This document shows positions 4,284-5,680 of a stretch of 5,680 nucleotides of DNA, piece by piece. The stretch is from a virus (lineage: Duplodnaviria > Heunggongvirae > Uroviricota > Caudoviricetes): IMG/VR virus record IMGVR_UViG_2703719354_000026. One strand, given 5' to 3'. The stretch's first letter is position 1. Each line of letters begins with the position of its first letter. The notes below the pieces were generated by a model. It was not told where the DNA came from. It was given only the letters and a program-made list of their open reading frames with translations, and searched no databases. Made by a program: the position numbers and the translations under genes.

Positions 4284-4360
4284 TGATTCGCTAGTGTATA
4301 AAAAACCAGTAACACATTAGAAATCAGCCACTTATAAATCCGTACGCTTTTTCGCCTCTT

Positions 4361-4410
4361 GTTCGTAGTTGTTCCACATTGTTGCTCATTGTTGCACGTT
4401 GTATCTGTTC
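4361..4410. repeat. Four to five tandem copies of a degenerate 10-bp unit (consensus about GTTGCWCATT), helical periodicity
   Basis: Consecutive 10-mers gttcgtagtt / gttccacatt / gttgctcatt / gttgcacgtt / gtatctgttc. CATTGTTGC is exact at 4377..4385 and 4387..4395. Confidence 0.6.
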
Positions 4411-4417
4411 GCATATC

Positions 4418-4433
4418 CAGTATGCGCATACTG
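4418..4433. promoter_or_regulatory. 16-bp perfect palindrome CAGTATGCGCATACTG just downstream of the integrase stop
   Basis: Exact palindrome with no loop and no following U tract, so more operator-like than terminator-like. Lies 18 nt beyond the int stop (4451). Confidence 0.45.
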
Positions 4434-4450
4434 AAAAAACACGAAAAAAA

Positions 4451-5680
4451 TTATTTTCTTCTGGCTACTGGTAGTGCGGTTACGTTTTCATGTGTTCCCG
4501 CCAGTATCCCTAACCGCTCCATCCACATATCCAGCGCATTGCGTTTAGCATCCAGATAACGGGAATGATTATAAACTCGCTGCATTCCTGGCATCTGGTG
4601 GCCTGTAAGCTGCTCCACGACGTGAGGATCCACGCCTAAATCGTTCAGCATCGTTGTAAAGGTGCGCCGGATGTCATGTAGTGACCAGTGAGGGTGATTT
4701 AGCCTCCTGTGCGCTAATCTGCCGTACTGCGACACGCTTGTTTCCTGTTTCACTTCCCCCAGCAATAAGCCCGTGTGCCTGTTCTGCTCCACCAGCTGCG
4801 TGACGAACGGCAGTATTGCTTCCGGTATGGGCCGGAATATGGCTACCTTCGTTTTGCTGTGCTCCTTCGGAACAGTCCAGAGCATTTCGGTAAAATCCCA
4901 CTCGCCGATCTCCGATAACCTAAGTTCGACCGTCCGGCATCCGAACACAATCAGGAGGCGGATTAGCGCGATGTAGTAGGGGGAGAATATTTTTTTGTCC
5001 AGTGCCTGCAATAATTCGCCAAGTTCTTTGTTGCTTAAGACACGCTCGCTTATATCCGGTTTTTTCCCAACGTCCGCCACACTCATATCATCAAGAACGT
5101 TGCTGATTGCATAGCGCCGCTTCCGGCAGAACTTAAGCGCCTGCTTGCATGTCTGTAGCAGGAACCCGGCGGAAACAGGGGCTTGCTTTGCCACCCGATC
5201 AAAACAGGCCAGCCAGTGCCGTAGCTCGCATTTATCCAGCGGCATAGGGCCAATGTGCTGTATTACGTGATTATTTAGCCGCTTTTTCAGTGGGTCATAA
5301 TCCACACGGTTTTCCTTTGCGTACGACTCAAGCCAGTAGGTGAGCGCATCACCAACCGTTACGGGCTTTAACGCTTCCTGTACGGTGTAATTCATCTCAT
5401 GACGTGGATTTTTCCCCTCTGCCAGCCATGCGCGACACTGGGCGGCTTTTTCCCTGGCTGATTTCAGGCTCAGATCAGGATAATTTCCCAGCTTAATGCG
5501 GTCCGGTGGTGCCCCCCTTCCCGTTCCGGCCCTGTAAGTGAAATACCAGGTTAAAAGGCCACTGGTTGAATGCCTGACGCTCAGGTTTCCACCGTCATTA
5601 AGAAAGGCTGTTTTTTGGGCGGGTGTGCCGTTGATTTTCCTCAGCTGTGTATCGCTCAGTTTGTTAAGTGCTCTGCTCAT
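4451..5680 (-). CDS. int: Tyrosine site-specific integrase, P4-type (N-terminal arm-binding domain plus C-terminal catalytic domain), 409 aa
   Basis: ORF-track ORF. The N-terminus 'LSDTQLRKINGTPAQKTAFLNDGGNLSVRHSTSGLLTWYFTYR' matches the P4-like integrase arm-binding domain. The C-terminus carries 'HDIRRTF', 'LTGHQ' and 'RVYNHSRY' (catalytic His/Arg/Tyr of tyrosine recombinases). The start codon coincides with the last 3 nt of the window, so the true start could lie further upstream. Confidence 0.95.
   Translation of the reverse strand: MSRALNKLSDTQLRKINGTPAQKTAFLNDGGNLSVRHSTSGLLTWYFTYRAGTGRGAPPDRIKLGNYPDLSLKSAREKAAQCRAWLAEGKNPRHEMNYTVQEALKPVTVGDALTYWLESYAKENRVDYDPLKKRLNNHVIQHIGPMPLDKCELRHWLACFDRVAKQAPVSAGFLLQTCKQALKFCRKRRYAISNVLDDMSVADVGKKPDISERVLSNKELGELLQALDKKIFSPYYIALIRLLIVFGCRTVELRLSEIGEWDFTEMLWTVPKEHSKTKVAIFRPIPEAILPFVTQLVEQNRHTGLLLGEVKQETSVSQYGRLAHRRLNHPHWSLHDIRRTFTTMLNDLGVDPHVVEQLTGHQMPGMQRVYNHSRYLDAKRNALDMWMERLGILAGTHENVTALPVARRK

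Larger units (their letters stand above)
1..5680. mobile_element. Integrase-proximal portion of an integrated mobile element (PICI-like / P4-like satellite or related island); both ends lie outside the window
   Basis: Co-directional P4-type integrase, AlpA regulator, small-ORF operon and replication ATPase on the minus strand. The integrase start sits at the right window edge, so any att site or tRNA target would be beyond 5680. Confidence 0.7.

Noticed and set aside
4229-4559. Minus ORF 4229..4429 and plus ORF 4359..4559 in the int-alpA spacer
   Set aside because: They span the repeat and palindrome-rich intergenic region or run antisense to the integrase 3' end; no RBS and low-complexity translations.
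4674-4976. Minus ORF 4674..4901 and plus ORF 4773..4976
   Set aside because: Nested out of frame or antisense within the well-supported integrase gene.
1-5680. CRISPR array, tRNA, rRNA or insertion-sequence features
   Set aside because: No regularly spaced repeat-spacer array, no cloverleaf-like tRNA candidate, and no transposase-like ORF or terminal inverted repeats were found by eye.

Overview
This window appears to be the integrase-proximal end of an integrated mobile element of enterobacterial type. The backbone runs on the minus strand: a P4-type tyrosine integrase (4451..5680), an AlpA-family regulator (3898..4086), a translationally coupled operon of seven small ORFs (2972 down to 1122), and a RecA-like/AAA_25 replication ATPase that runs off the left edge (1125..1). 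This gene order resembles PICI-like or P4-like satellites and related islands, but the ATPase is RepA/DnaB-like rather than a P4 alpha-type helicase as far as I can judge by eye. Embedded on the opposite strand is a compact module: a four-half-site TGTAAT operator array, an Arc/MetJ-type ribbon-helix-helix gene (3102..3281), a 61-aa ORF (3339..3524) and a strong intrinsic terminator (3601..3627). It is divergent from the small-gene/replication operon and convergent with alpA, and it is my lead candidate for an undescribed regulatory or toxin-antitoxin-like system. The small-ORF operon contains two paralogous proteins sharing FVWRF / EREAR / ARIRQG motifs, an exact 19-bp repeat at two gene junctions, and four small acidic proteins that may be distant paralogs. 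A candidate ~68-nt small RNA (extended -10 promoter plus terminator) lies between the RHH module and alpA, and the int-alpA spacer holds 10-bp-periodic repeats and perfect palindromes. No tRNA, rRNA or CRISPR array was recognised. All calls come from reading the sequence and translating by eye; no database search or folding program was run.
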